Source: an uncultured Nitrososphaerota archaeon
GTDB lineage: Archaea; Thermoproteota; Nitrososphaeria; Nitrososphaerales; Gagatemarchaeaceae
Direction of reading: 5' to 3'
NCBI GenBank assembly: GCA_963703285.1
Contig: OY969807.1
Coordinates: forward strand, 1,632,001-1,696,000
DNA: 64,000 nucleotides
Each line of letters opens with the position of its first letter. Positions within the stretch are counted from its first letter, which is position 1. The notes under the pieces were generated by a model, which was given only the letters and a program-made list of their open reading frames with translations, made no database searches and was not told where the DNA came from. Positions 9,758-19,618 of this stretch are shown piece after piece. Position numbers and translations under genes: made by a program.

Positions 9758-10944
9758 ACCAGGTCGAGCAGACGCGCATCCTCGCCGATGACGCGCGCGA
9801 GGGTGTCGTTGTCGACGAGGAGCTTGATTCGTTTCGTCCTGCCCCTCCTCCCCTTGCTGACGACGGCTGCGTCGATGAGCCCGAGCACGTCCAGTTCCGC
9901 TAGTATGCCGCTAACCCTTCTCTGTGTGAGGACCTCCACGCTCGATTTCCTCGCGAGGTTGGTATAGGCAAGGTAGACCTCCCCCGTGTTCGTCCCGCCG
10001 GGGAACTTCGAGGTTGCAATGATGATGACCTTCGTCTGGAGCGGGAGCGAGTGAAGAGCTTCCTCGACCGTGTCTCGCTCGATTTTGTCCGAGGCCTTGC
10101 GGATGCTCTCTTCGTCCACCAGCTGACGGCCTTCGCGCTCGGCGACTTCGCCGGCCACTCTCAGCAGGTCGACCGCCCTTCGGGCGTCCCCGTGTTCTGA
10201 CCCGGCCAGCGCTGCGCACAGGTTGATGGCTGATTCTGGTACCACCCCGGGCTTGAACGCTACCTTGACTCTCCCGGCGAGAATCGAACGCAGCTCTTCT
10301 GTGGTGTACGGCGGGAAGACTAGCTCCTCTTCGCCCAGGCTGCTCAGCACCCTCGGGTCGAGCGACTCCTTGAATCTCAAATCGTTCGAGATTCCTATGA
10401 TCGTCAGGAAGCCCGGGGCGACCTGCTCGCCAGCCCTCGTGAACTGGTAGAGGGTGTCGTCATCGGAGTTGACCAGATAGTCAATCTCGTCCAAGACGAG
10501 GATGAAGCGGATAGCGTGTTTGGAGATTGTCTTGAAGATGCGTTGGACGACTTCGGCTATGGAGAGTCCGGTGAGCGGTATCTTCTTGTCCTCGTCCAAG
10601 GGAAGGCTCTCGGCAATCTTGGCGAGCGTGAGGTATTGGTTCCTCGCCAGCCTGGAGTTCACGTACGCCGTAACTATCTGTTTCGATTCGTCCTGATTCT
10701 CGAGCTTGCCGACGACCAGCCTCGCCACGGCCGTCTTTCCGGTCCCTGTCTTACCGTAAAGCAGGACGTTTGATGGTTTGGAACCGAGAAGAGCCGGAGC
10801 AAGTATCTGTGCCACGCTAGCTATCTGCGTCTCTCTGAAAGGCAGGTGGTCGGGGACAAACTCGGTCGATAGAGCCTTCCTGTCCTGGAAGAGGACCCTG
10901 CCTTGCTTCGTCTTGTTGAAGATGGCGTCGACGGCGTCGGCCAT
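9754..10944 (-). CDS. cdc6: Orc1/Cdc6 replication initiator
   Basis: GKTGTGKT Walker A, VLDEID Walker B, HGDARRA, C-terminal wH SKGRRGRT. Confidence 0.95.
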   Translation of the reverse strand: MADAVDAIFNKTKQGRVLFQDRKALSTEFVPDHLPFRETQIASVAQILAPALLGSKPSNVLLYGKTGTGKTAVARLVVGKLENQDESKQIVTAYVNSRLARNQYLTLAKIAESLPLDEDKKIPLTGLSIAEVVQRIFKTISKHAIRFILVLDEIDYLVNSDDDTLYQFTRAGEQVAPGFLTIIGISNDLRFKESLDPRVLSSLGEEELVFPPYTTEELRSILAGRVKVAFKPGVVPESAINLCAALAGSEHGDARRAVDLLRVAGEVAEREGRQLVDEESIRKASDKIERDTVEEALHSLPLQTKVIIIATSKFPGGTNTGEVYLAYTNLARKSSVEVLTQRRVSGILAELDVLGLIDAAVVSKGRRGRTKRIKLLVDNDTLARVIGEDARLLDLV

Positions 10945-10951
10945 GCTTGGG

Positions 10952-10967
10952 TCAGTGGAAACACTGG
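10952..10967 (+). promoter_or_regulatory. mini-ORB-like site in the cdc6 promoter
   Basis: TCAGTGGAAACACTGG shares the CAGTGGAAAC core with the ORBs at 32.0-32.4 kb; lies just upstream of the cdc6 start. Confidence 0.6.
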
Positions 10968-11182
10968 TTAGATAAGCTCTCCGAGACTTTTGGGGCGTAG
11001 CCCCGACCTAAAAGCTGAAATTTTTGGGCTTTCTGCGTCGTCTAGGGTCGTTGGGCTGACCCCGCTCCTGCCGCTGAATCGGTTTGAACGCGTTTTGAAC
11101 GGTCCGGGTCTGAATCGTCGAACGTTTCTGCAGGTCGTTCTGTTGGTTAGTATTATATCAAGTCGGGTTCCTTACTTTGAGT

Positions 11183-12457
11183 ATGAAGAGATCCGGCCTG
11201 ACCGTGGCGGCAATGGCCCTCTTGCTGATAGTGATCATAGTCGTGTCCTCGGTGGCTGTTGTGGCTGCCTTCATGGGTGGCGCGGGAAAGACCACCACCT
11301 CCTCGAGCTCGTCCATGAGTTCGTCCACGAGCGCCAAGGACGGGCTGCGGTTGAGTCTGAACGCGACGGTTTCAGAGACGGGCTCCAGCGACCGCATAGC
11401 GATCAGCATCTCGGACTTCAACACGCTCTCTACGGCTAACACGCCTGCGATTGTGGGAATGCCCTCCGTCGGAGGCACGGCGCTTGGTCTCGACCCGTGC
11501 AGCCAGCTCCCTCTGGGGTTCGCGGTAGCAGAGGGGAACTACGGTGCGAACAACGTCTCTGAGGCGTCGCCCCTGAGCCTTTGGCAGCCCGGGACCTACA
11601 TGTGCCCCGCAGAGTTCGCGGTCGACTACTTCTCGTTCTCACCGCTCAGCGACAACGTAACGCTCTACAGCCCCCAGCCCTCCGGGTCGGGCAGCTCTAC
11701 GGTCCCCACGCCAATGTGGACCGCCCCCGACGCCTTCAACCAGAGCTTCTCCGGATACTGGACGGGAGGCAGCGAGGCTTCGCTTCAGAGCGGCGCATTT
11801 AATGCCTTCCAGCCGGGAATCTATACGCTGGTGGGAGGGGACGATTATGGTCAGCTCGTGTTTGTCCACGTCGTCTTGTCTTCCCAGGCCACGGTCACTT
11901 CGACCACCGGGCAGTCGAGCAGCTCGGTGAGCACTACGGTGCCGTCGGGCGGTCAGAACATCTCGGTCGCCTCGCAGTACGGGCTAAGGCTCATGGTGAA
12001 CATGAACGCGACGGAGATTGTTCCTGGCGAGTCGGTCCAGGTGAACTTGACCGAGTTCAACACGCTTCCCAGGGTCAACAACGTCTCGGCGTCCGGGGAT
12101 TGGCCGGTAGGGGTCGCGCTCGGCCCGTGCGAGAACGAGTTCGACCAACCCTTCGGGATCGCAGTCTACGCCGGGCACGTTGACGCGCAGAATCTCTCTC
12201 AGGGTCAGCGGGTGGACATATTCCCGGCTGTGGCCTGCCCGATGTACATCAGGCTGGTCACGGGGTACGAGTTCCAGCCCCAGAGCAACCTGGCTGTGGT
12301 CCTGCCAGGGTCGGCTACGCCGTCGCCGCTGGTCGGGAGCGTGGTCCTCAGCATGAGCTACTCACCTCAGGCCCAACCGCTGCCCCCTGGCGTCTACACC
12401 GTCGTAGCTGCTGATGAATGGGGCGCCTTGGCTTTCCTCTACTTCCAGGTCAACTGA
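11183..12457 (+). CDS. Membrane-anchored secreted protein with two copies of an uncharacterised Cys-containing domain
   Basis: N-terminal TM, S/T linkers, internal duplication (GLRL..NAT...FNTL...PC...P.G.AV..G...CP...PG.YT.V..D.[YW]G). Confidence 0.85.
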   Translation: MKRSGLTVAAMALLLIVIIVVSSVAVVAAFMGGAGKTTTSSSSSMSSSTSAKDGLRLSLNATVSETGSSDRIAISISDFNTLSTANTPAIVGMPSVGGTALGLDPCSQLPLGFAVAEGNYGANNVSEASPLSLWQPGTYMCPAEFAVDYFSFSPLSDNVTLYSPQPSGSGSSTVPTPMWTAPDAFNQSFSGYWTGGSEASLQSGAFNAFQPGIYTLVGGDDYGQLVFVHVVLSSQATVTSTTGQSSSSVSTTVPSGGQNISVASQYGLRLMVNMNATEIVPGESVQVNLTEFNTLPRVNNVSASGDWPVGVALGPCENEFDQPFGIAVYAGHVDAQNLSQGQRVDIFPAVACPMYIRLVTGYEFQPQSNLAVVLPGSATPSPLVGSVVLSMSYSPQAQPLPPGVYTVVAADEWGALAFLYFQVN

Positions 12458-12559
12458 AAAGATGGTCGTCGGCGCCGTCGCGTTACCTTGCTCGTGGCAA
12501 CTTGACGGTTCTCAGAGAGATTAATAGTCAACTGGCTTTGCAAAAGCGGGGAAGACGGG

Positions 12560-13228
12560 CTGGCTACGGACATCTTGCTCTCCTGGAGCGGCGGGAAGGA
12601 CAGTGCGCTCGCGCTCCGCGAAGTGAGCCTGACCCGCAAGTACAACATCAAGGCGCTGCTGACTACCGTCACCTCGGATTTTGGCAGAGTCAGCATGCAC
12701 GGCGTCAGGCGGAGCCTCCTGCACGCCCAGGCTTCTTCTCTTGGCCTGCCTCTGGAGGAAGTGTTGATCCCTAAGAACTGCTCCAACGCAATCTACGAAG
12801 CGCGGATGATGGCCGTGTTGACCAAGTACAGGGAGTTGGGTGTTGAACGGGTGGCGTTCGGAGACCTCTTCCTGCGGGATGTGCGCTCGTACAGGGAGGA
12901 GAGGCTTGGGCAAATCGGCATGCGAGGTGTGTTCCCGCTGTGGGGAAGAGACACAGGCGACCTGGCGAAGGAGTTCATCGAATTAGGCTTCCGGGCTGTG
13001 GTTTGCTGCGTAGACCCGAGAAAGCTGTCAGGAGAGTTCTGCGGGAAAGAGTATGATAGGGCCTTCCTGCGTTCGATTCCTGCTACCGTCGATCCTTGTG
13101 GTGAGAATGGCGAGTTTCATACGTTCGTCTACGCTGGACCAATCTTCGGCAGAGGCATACCAGTGCGGAGGGGACGGGTTGTCCTGAGGGACGGGTTCTA
13201 CTTCGGTGATTTGATCCTTCGCAATTAG
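12560..13228 (+). CDS. PP-loop ATPase, diphthine-ammonia ligase-like family
   Basis: SWSGGKDS, VSMHG, DPCGENGEFHTFV; frame extends to CTG at 12560 (start uncertain). Confidence 0.88.
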   Translation: MATDILLSWSGGKDSALALREVSLTRKYNIKALLTTVTSDFGRVSMHGVRRSLLHAQASSLGLPLEEVLIPKNCSNAIYEARMMAVLTKYRELGVERVAFGDLFLRDVRSYREERLGQIGMRGVFPLWGRDTGDLAKEFIELGFRAVVCCVDPRKLSGEFCGKEYDRAFLRSIPATVDPCGENGEFHTFVYAGPIFGRGIPVRRGRVVLRDGFYFGDLILRN

Positions 13229-13263
13229 GCGTGTTGCGCTCCAAGAGGCAGGAGGTCGGTACA

Positions 13264-13659
13264 TCACTGGGCCGTTGATTCCACGATTGATACCAAGCCA
13301 GAGATGTTCTTCATTAACTCGTCTGGTATGCCGTGACGTTCCTCCAGGTACTGCGGCGAGTTGAATGACACCCAAACCTTCTCGCTTTCGTCTTCGGATA
13401 CAAGGACCTTGAGAGGAAAATCTATCGCTAGGGTCGGCGCTGCCACCATGAGGGGAGTACCCGCCTTCGGGTTCCCGAAGATGACTAGCTGGGTGGGCTT
13501 CATGTCCAGCCCCGCCCTCTTCGCGTCTCCGCTGAAGTCGATTCTAGCAAAAATCGTGAGGCTGCGCGAGGATATTGTTGACTCCAGGCGGTCCACCGTA
13601 TCAGAGAAGGAGTGTGTGCTCATGACCTGTACGATTCCTTTCTTGCTAGCGAGTGACAT
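13264..13659 (-). CDS. DUF302 domain protein
   Basis: FARIDFSGDAKRAGL...IFGNPKAGTPLM...DFPLKVLV; ATG at 13659. Confidence 0.88.
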   Translation of the reverse strand: MSLASKKGIVQVMSTHSFSDTVDRLESTISSRSLTIFARIDFSGDAKRAGLDMKPTQLVIFGNPKAGTPLMVAAPTLAIDFPLKVLVSEDESEKVWVSFNSPQYLEERHGIPDELMKNISGLVSIVESTAQ

Positions 13660-13770
13660 GCGCGATTCTCTCCTTCTCCGTCTTCGATCCTGTCTGTTAA
13701 GCCTGTCTAATGTCCTGGCTTCGGCCGGAGAGCCCAAAGTTAAAGAGGGTTCGAGTCGTCTTGCGGTCTG

Positions 13771-13977
13771 ATGGTAGACATCGTCCTCGAGTGCGCCAAT
13801 ATCGCCTGCGCAAGAACGGGTGGTCCGCGCGAGATGATACTGAAGCACGAGTTGGACCGGCGGCTTCCGGGGCAGCGCGATGGCGCCTATTACTATGAGG
13901 TGTGGCAGTGTCACAATTGCGGGAACGCGGTGGCCCTGAAGATAAAGCGCGGAGAGCCTACGGCCGAGTCCGGTTGA
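13771..13977 (+). CDS. Small putative zinc-binding protein
   Basis: CxxxxC and CHNCG motifs; fills intergenic gap. Confidence 0.55.
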   Translation: MVDIVLECANIACARTGGPREMILKHELDRRLPGQRDGAYYYEVWQCHNCGNAVALKIKRGEPTAESG

Positions 13978-14023
13978 TGTCGGTGTTGTAGCGTCCTTGA
14001 ACCGCGCTATGAGGCTGTAGAAG

Positions 14024-14788
14024 ATGGTTAGGGTCGACAACCACAACCACATAATCCTGGCGGACATAGGGGACATGGTCGAATCCGCCAGGGCTAAGAA
14101 GCTCGACCGGTATTCTATCACTGAGCACGTGTCACAATTCAGAGGGCTGAGGGAATCGGTTGCCTTCGGTTCCGTGCACAGCAGGGGAAGGATCTTCGAG
14201 GACCTCAAGGAGTACAGGGAGGAGTTCTCTAGGGTCGAAGACTCCGCGCTCTCAGGGATGAAAATCAGGATGGGACTGGAGGTCGACTTCTCGCCACGCT
14301 TCGAGGCCAAGGTGGCCGAGTTCGTCAACCAGGAGAAGTGGGACGTTCTACTGTGCTCCGTCCACGAGCTAGGAGATGGGACCGATATCGAGGCCCCGAG
14401 ATTGAAGCTTGCCGACACTACCGAGGCCGGCAGGTTGTGGCGTGAGTACTTCGAGCTTCAGCAGATGGCGCTCGAGAGCGATTTCGTGCCCTTCAGCGTC
14501 TTGACCCACCCGACTAGGATGGCAAAGGGAACGAATCGATTGCCCGAGGATATGGACGGTCTCCTCCTGAACCTGGCAAAGACGGCGAGGGGGCGCGACA
14601 AGGCGCTAGAGCTCAATGGAAAAGACCTAGCTTACGCGCCGGAACTCGTCGATAGGGTCGCGAGGGCCTGCTCGAAAGCCGATTGCAAGGTGAGTCTCGG
14701 TTCGGATTCGCACCATCCGCAAGACGTCTTCAGAAACATGGAAGTTGCCGTTGCTATGGTTGAGGAGTTAGGCCTTGGACCCATCTGA
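14024..14788 (+). CDS. PHP-domain hydrolase (histidinol phosphatase-like)
   Basis: DNHNH, ITEH, GLEVD, SVH, GSDSH. Confidence 0.85.
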   Translation: MVRVDNHNHIILADIGDMVESARAKKLDRYSITEHVSQFRGLRESVAFGSVHSRGRIFEDLKEYREEFSRVEDSALSGMKIRMGLEVDFSPRFEAKVAEFVNQEKWDVLLCSVHELGDGTDIEAPRLKLADTTEAGRLWREYFELQQMALESDFVPFSVLTHPTRMAKGTNRLPEDMDGLLLNLAKTARGRDKALELNGKDLAYAPELVDRVARACSKADCKVSLGSDSHHPQDVFRNMEVAVAMVEELGLGPI

Positions 14789-14915
14789 GCACGGCTTTGT
14801 CGGTGCAAAACGAATGTTGGAGATAGCTACGAGCAATGCTGCAGTAGGGTGCGTCGCTGGATATAACTGAGAATTGCTCTCGACGAAGATTACTTGGATT
14901 GGTGTGTGGTGAATC

Positions 14916-15953
14916 CTACCTGGAAAGCCGGTTCAGGAAGTCCGAGAGTACGTCCAGCCCCGATTGCAGCGCCTCCTCCTGGGACGTGAAACAGAGCCTA
15001 AACGCCCTCGGGGCGCCGAAGAAGTCTCCGGGCGTGATGAGGGCGCCGGTCTCCCGCAACAAAGTCCTCGCTAGGACCACCGAACCCGGACCTCTCTTGT
15101 AGCGGACCAAGCAAAACGGGGGCGGGCCGAGCTCGGCCGACACCCCTTCGGTCTTCGCGATGAACCGGCGGACGGCGGCGATGTTTCTTGAACGGATTCT
15201 CCGCGCGCGTTCCAAGAACCGTTGCCTCTTCCTGAGTGCTTGGGCGGCGATCCATAGGGAATATTCGGAATCGTGACCGCTGACGGCCCACTTGGCGTAC
15301 AGCAGTTTTCGGGCCGTACTCTTGTCTGCAATTATCCACCCGACGCGGAGTCTGCCCAGCCCATAGAACTTGGTCATGGTGCTGCAGACGACTACGTTGC
15401 TGGCCTGGTCGAAGTGGGTGCGGGGCGAACGTGAAAAGGTGAACTCCCTGTAGGTCTCGTTGATGAAGACGGGATTGCGTCTCCCCCCAGGGGGCGCCGT
15501 CAGTCTTTCGATCAAGTCTGCGTCAAGGCTTCGGCCGGTCGGGTTGTTGGGGTCGGTGAGGCCGAGGATTGTCCCATCGGCAGCGCGTCCAGTCGGCAGG
15601 GTGTTTGTCACTCTCATACCGAGATACTTGGGCACTGTGAACATGGGTCCGTAGTTCGGAAGGGGGACGACCGCCCTTCTGGCGTTCCCTAGGACGGAGT
15701 ACACTAGAAAGATCGCTTCCGATGCACCGCTCGTAGCCACGATGTTCTCGGACTCGACGTTGTACTGGCGAGCGACCTCCTCTGCGAACAGCCTCTCGTG
15801 CTCGGTCTTCTCGGCCGCGAAGCTCTCAAACGATGTGTCGACCCCCATCGCGGACAGGTCGGGTTCGCCTAACCCGCTCGAAGTGAGGTTGTACTTGGCT
15901 TTGGGGCCGAGACTCAGTATCCAGCTGAATAGTTCGTTCTTGGCCGGTACCAA
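14916..15953 (-). CDS. PLP-dependent aminotransferase class I/II
   Basis: PNNPTG, STMTKFYGLGRLRVGW. Confidence 0.88.
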   Translation of the reverse strand: MVPAKNELFSWILSLGPKAKYNLTSSGLGEPDLSAMGVDTSFESFAAEKTEHERLFAEEVARQYNVESENIVATSGASEAIFLVYSVLGNARRAVVPLPNYGPMFTVPKYLGMRVTNTLPTGRAADGTILGLTDPNNPTGRSLDADLIERLTAPPGGRRNPVFINETYREFTFSRSPRTHFDQASNVVVCSTMTKFYGLGRLRVGWIIADKSTARKLLYAKWAVSGHDSEYSLWIAAQALRKRQRFLERARRIRSRNIAAVRRFIAKTEGVSAELGPPPFCLVRYKRGPGSVVLARTLLRETGALITPGDFFGAPRAFRLCFTSQEEALQSGLDVLSDFLNRLSR

Positions 15954-16054
15954 GAAATTCGCTCTCCCCTCAGACCGGGGTTTCTAGTTAAACTAAACGG
16001 TGAGAAAGGTCGTGGGTTCACTTATCGCACCTCAAGTCTCTCGCGATTGGGCTC

Positions 16055-16849
16055 TTAGACTTCCCTCAGCTCCCGCCTGCGGTACAGGGCTGCGCACAGG
16101 AGCAGCGAGACGACTATGTATCCGACCATTATAGCCGCTCCCTCGGCGGGCGTCGGAAAGTACGCGGTCGTCCCGCCCAAAGACTGCACGTGCGGTGGAT
16201 ACGGCGAGCCGTACAGCGCGCCGATGACGCTGGAGGCATAGGTGAGAAGCGGCCACGGCTCGATGCTTTTCGACGCGATTATCGCCTGGATGATGGGCAT
16301 CAATAGGACGATGGTCAGAATCGAGACTAGGATCGACTGGGTCTGGCTCCGATAGAACACGGCGCTCAGGAGCATGACGAACGCTATCATCGCCAGGGTA
16401 TAGAGGAGGCTGAAGCCGGTTATCTCCGCGTAGTTGGCAATGGTTGTCCCATAGAATCCGTACATCTCGGCGGCCCCCACCGCGAAGAAGACGAGGGTGA
16501 TTGCGGTCCCGGCGGTCGCTGCCGCCATGTATCGCGTGGCGGCGACCCTCTCCCTTCCGATGGGTTGCGATAGGGTGAAGAGCCCCTGTCTGCTGAAGTC
16601 CTGCGATATCGAGTCGCCCGCGAGCACGGCGGCCCCGACGGTGGCGAGGAAGATGAAGAACCCCTGCGGGAAGGAGAAGAGCTCCCCGGCGCTCGCAGGT
16701 TTCGGCGTCACGTTGGTCAGTACCAGTATGGGTACGAGTAGGACTAGGAGGAGGTAGAAGAAGAGGAGGATGTAGAATCTCGCGCTCCGGAAGTGTAACC
16801 AGGTGTACGTCCTCAGCAGCGTGAGGTTCAGCGAGGGGGCTTCGCTCAC
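16055..16849 (-). CDS. ABC-2 type transporter permease
   Basis: Multi-TM, follows ABC ATPase with overlap. Confidence 0.85.
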   Translation of the reverse strand: MSEAPSLNLTLLRTYTWLHFRSARFYILLFFYLLLVLLVPILVLTNVTPKPASAGELFSFPQGFFIFLATVGAAVLAGDSISQDFSRQGLFTLSQPIGRERVAATRYMAAATAGTAITLVFFAVGAAEMYGFYGTTIANYAEITGFSLLYTLAMIAFVMLLSAVFYRSQTQSILVSILTIVLLMPIIQAIIASKSIEPWPLLTYASSVIGALYGSPYPPHVQSLGGTTAYFPTPAEGAAIMVGYIVVSLLLCAALYRRRELREV

Positions 16850-17751
16850 TGCTTCCCACCCATCAGCTCCGAATACGCCTGCTCCAGACCCAGGCCGGCG
16901 TCCTGGAGGGTCCGTATCCGCAGCTTCACGACCTCCTCGACTAACCTCTCCCTGCCCTCCTCGGTGCCGTCGAAGTCCAAGACGTAGGTCCTCTCGCTCT
17001 CCTTGGTGTATCTGGTCGCAAGCCCCCTCTGTTGCAGTGCCGCCACCGCCGACTGGTCCACGGGCCGCGTGAACTCAACCCTGATCGACTTCGAGCTGAA
17101 CCGCCTTGCCAGCTCCTCGACGCCGCCGCTCTCGACTATCCTTCCCTTGTCGATGAACGTGACCCGGTCGCACAACTGCGTCACCTCGTACAGCAGGTGC
17201 GATGAGAGGAAGACCAGCTTCTCCTTCTTCATGGTGAGTATCATCTTCCGGAATATCAGTGACTCCTTGGGGTCGAGGCCGGCCGTCGGCTCGTCCAGTA
17301 TGAGGACCTCGGGGTCCTGCGCGACCACGGCGCCCAGCAGGACCCGCCTCTTCTGGCCCTTCGAGAGCTTGTTGCACCTCGATTCGAGGGGAGGCAGGTC
17401 GAGCATCTCCTTCAGCTCGTCAAGGTGCGGGTCGGCCACCCTTCTTATCCTGGCCGCGAAAGTTATGAACTCCCTGACGTTCATCGAGCTGTAGGGCTCC
17501 GGGTCCTCCACGATGGAGCCCACGAACTTCAGCGCCTTGGTCGGTTCCTTCGTGACGTTGAACCCGTTGATGCTTGCCGTGCCGCTGTCCGGCCTGATCA
17601 GTGAGGTCAACACCTTCATGGAGGTCGTCTTGCCTGCGCCGTTCGGTCCAAGGTAGCCGAGGCAGCCCTTCCCCTCCATCCTGAGCGAGACGTTGTCGAG
17701 GATTGTGTGCTTCCCGAACTTTTTGGACACGTTGTCCAGTACGATGTCCAA
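16846..17751 (-). CDS. ABC transporter ATP-binding protein
   Basis: GPNGAGKTT, LSKGQ, ILDEPT, SSH. Confidence 0.93.
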   Translation of the reverse strand: MDIVLDNVSKKFGKHTILDNVSLRMEGKGCLGYLGPNGAGKTTSMKVLTSLIRPDSGTASINGFNVTKEPTKALKFVGSIVEDPEPYSSMNVREFITFAARIRRVADPHLDELKEMLDLPPLESRCNKLSKGQKRRVLLGAVVAQDPEVLILDEPTAGLDPKESLIFRKMILTMKKEKLVFLSSHLLYEVTQLCDRVTFIDKGRIVESGGVEELARRFSSKSIRVEFTRPVDQSAVAALQQRGLATRYTKESERTYVLDFDGTEEGRERLVEEVVKLRIRTLQDAGLGLEQAYSELMGGKQ

Positions 17752-17788
17752 CGGCGGCGTTCGTCCAGCGCGCGTTATTTAGGAGTTA

Positions 17789-17808
17789 TTCGGACAAAAC
17801 CGTAAATC
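17789..17808 (+). repeat. Dispersed 20-bp element copy A
   Basis: TTCGGACAAAACCGTAAATC, 31 nt before ATG 17840. Confidence 0.75.
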
Positions 17809-17839
17809 GAAGATGCTTGCCGGCTTGAAACGAAGAGCC

Positions 17840-18829
17840 ATGGAGCGACCGACGAAATTCGCTCTGGATCTAGCGATGGTGGTCTTTGGCCTAGGTCTCC
17901 TTCTCTTCCCGATGGCACCAACACAGGCGATGCAGAACCCTGGTCAGCCGAAGCCGGAGAGCGCGCCCGGCGGTTGCTGTGTTGATTCCGTAACTTTCCA
18001 CTTGACAGGGGCAAAATACGAAGTCGTCGGGGATTATGCTGGTGTGGCGGTTAGCGTGACGAATGGTTGGATCTCCAGCCTAGGGTTGGTCGTCTACGCC
18101 ACGCTCAAATCCGGTGCGAGCACCTACGTAGCGGCAGGCACCGTGACGATCGCCGCAAACGCGACCGCCTCAGTGTTCTGCGTAGACCTCCAGTTCGTTC
18201 CAGCGGGAGCTTACGCCGTCACCTTTGCGGCTGTTACGCTTTCTGATAATGCGGTGTCCGCCCCGACGGCTCCAATCTCGTTGGTCACCAGCGCTGAGTG
18301 GTCGGGTGAGGTCGGCATCTATGCGAATTCGAACAGCGGCAACCAGTTCCGCTTGTCCATAAGCTCGGACCAGGTGTACGTTGGCGACACGATCACGGTG
18401 AACGTCAGCGAGTTCAACACGAACAACGTTGCAAACAACGACACCAGGGCGGACCATTGGCAGATACCGGCAGCCCTGAACTCCTGCCCCAGCACGAACA
18501 TCCTGCCGTTCGGCATTGCAGTCTACAAGGGGTATTACACTGCGGGGAACGTGTCCCAGGGCATTCAGGTCCAGATTTTCCCCCAAGTGGTATGTCCAAC
18601 CGAAGCGACCGCAGTCACTGGGTACCTTATCCTGCCTAACAGCGACACGGCCTTCGTGCTGCCAGGCTTCTCATCGACAGCGATGGCCGCGAGCGTAGAC
18701 ATCGTCAATGGGACCTCCATCGGCATGGGGCAGTCGTTGCCGCTGAATCCGGGTTTCTATACGGTCGTTGCGGCAGACGAATGGGGCACCTTGGCGTTCC
18801 TCTACTTCCAGATCAACGGACTTCCGTAG
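17840..18829 (+). CDS. Membrane-anchored secreted protein, paralog of 11183-12457
   Basis: C-terminus YTVVAADEWGTLAFLYFQIN vs YTVVAADEWGALAFLYFQVN. Confidence 0.85.
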   Translation: MERPTKFALDLAMVVFGLGLLLFPMAPTQAMQNPGQPKPESAPGGCCVDSVTFHLTGAKYEVVGDYAGVAVSVTNGWISSLGLVVYATLKSGASTYVAAGTVTIAANATASVFCVDLQFVPAGAYAVTFAAVTLSDNAVSAPTAPISLVTSAEWSGEVGIYANSNSGNQFRLSISSDQVYVGDTITVNVSEFNTNNVANNDTRADHWQIPAALNSCPSTNILPFGIAVYKGYYTAGNVSQGIQVQIFPQVVCPTEATAVTGYLILPNSDTAFVLPGFSSTAMAASVDIVNGTSIGMGQSLPLNPGFYTVVAADEWGTLAFLYFQINGLP

Positions 18830-18846
18830 GATAGGTTGGAGATTTA

Positions 18847-18867
18847 TTCCGACCATAGCATTCAAAC
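18847..18867 (+). repeat. Degenerate element copy B
   Basis: TTCCGACCATAGCATTCAAAC preceded by TTA as in copies A/H/I; followed by a short MNTGVGGFGSL start. Confidence 0.4.
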
Positions 18868-18915
18868 GCTAACAGAACTCACATGAACACCGGAGTTGGG
18901 GGATTCGGAAGTCTT

Positions 18916-19560
18916 TCATGTGGTGGTACTGGTGGTGCAGAAGAACACGTTCGCGGCGCCCTGCTCGACCTGCGCGCTCGAGAACTGGAGGATGCCGGTC
19001 GGGCTGGCTGGTATGACGACCTGGAGCACTCCGAGCTCGTCGTACGTCCAGTAACTGGTGCTCCCGCAGGGATAGAGCCTCTGGCTGCTGTACAGGATGA
19101 AGTTGAAGACGTCATACTGTCCTGTGGAGTTGGTTATCTTCGACTGGTAGGAACAGTTGCACGCGTTCGTCGCCTCGTAGGTGAAGCCGCCCTCGGCCGC
19201 GATGAACTTGGGGTTCGACTCTATGGTGGAGTCGACGATGTAGTTGGCGGGCGTGACCGGGACCGGGCACGCGTCGAGAGGGAAGAAAGCCTGCGTGCCG
19301 TTCGGGTATGTCACGGAGTATCCCTCCCACGTTGAGTTGGAGTAGCTGCTGAAGTCCGAGTCCGGCGGGACCTGCTTGAGGCAGCTGTCGTAAGCGGGTT
19401 GGGTGAGCGTGGAGGTGCGCGTGATAGTCTCGGTTGTGGTGGTTGTCGTGGTCTCAGGCGGCTTGGTGAAGACGAGCAGCACGCTCGCAGATATCAGCAC
19501 CCCGGCTATGATGATCGCCGCGACGACGGCCAGATAGCCTCGGGTCTGCTGGCTGCTCAT
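18916..19560 (-). CDS. Membrane-anchored Cys-rich secreted protein
   Basis: AAIIIAGVLISAS TM, Thr run, several Cys. Confidence 0.85.
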   Translation of the reverse strand: MSSQQTRGYLAVVAAIIIAGVLISASVLLVFTKPPETTTTTTTETITRTSTLTQPAYDSCLKQVPPDSDFSSYSNSTWEGYSVTYPNGTQAFFPLDACPVPVTPANYIVDSTIESNPKFIAAEGGFTYEATNACNCSYQSKITNSTGQYDVFNFILYSSQRLYPCGSTSYWTYDELGVLQVVIPASPTGILQFSSAQVEQGAANVFFCTTSTTT

Positions 19561-19589
19561 GAGAATCGTGGGAAAATCTGGCGTTTTGT

Positions 19590-19609
19590 GATTAATAGTT
19601 TTGTCCGAA
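19590..19609 (-). repeat. Dispersed element copy C
   Basis: TTCGGACAAAACTATTAATC exact consensus. Confidence 0.9.
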
Positions 19610-19618
19610 CGGACGTCC

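Noticed and set aside
10081-10093. TCGGACAAAATC match on the minus strand
   Set aside because: Inside cdc6 coding sequence and lacks the TATTAAT half; probably chance.
12519-12528. CTATTAATC partial match downstream of 11183-12457
   Set aside because: Only the TATA half matches; explained as an ordinary promoter.
13264-14418. 384-aa ORF
   Set aside because: Only the last 131 aa (DUF302) look real; the rest is antisense to the PHP and Zn-finger genes.
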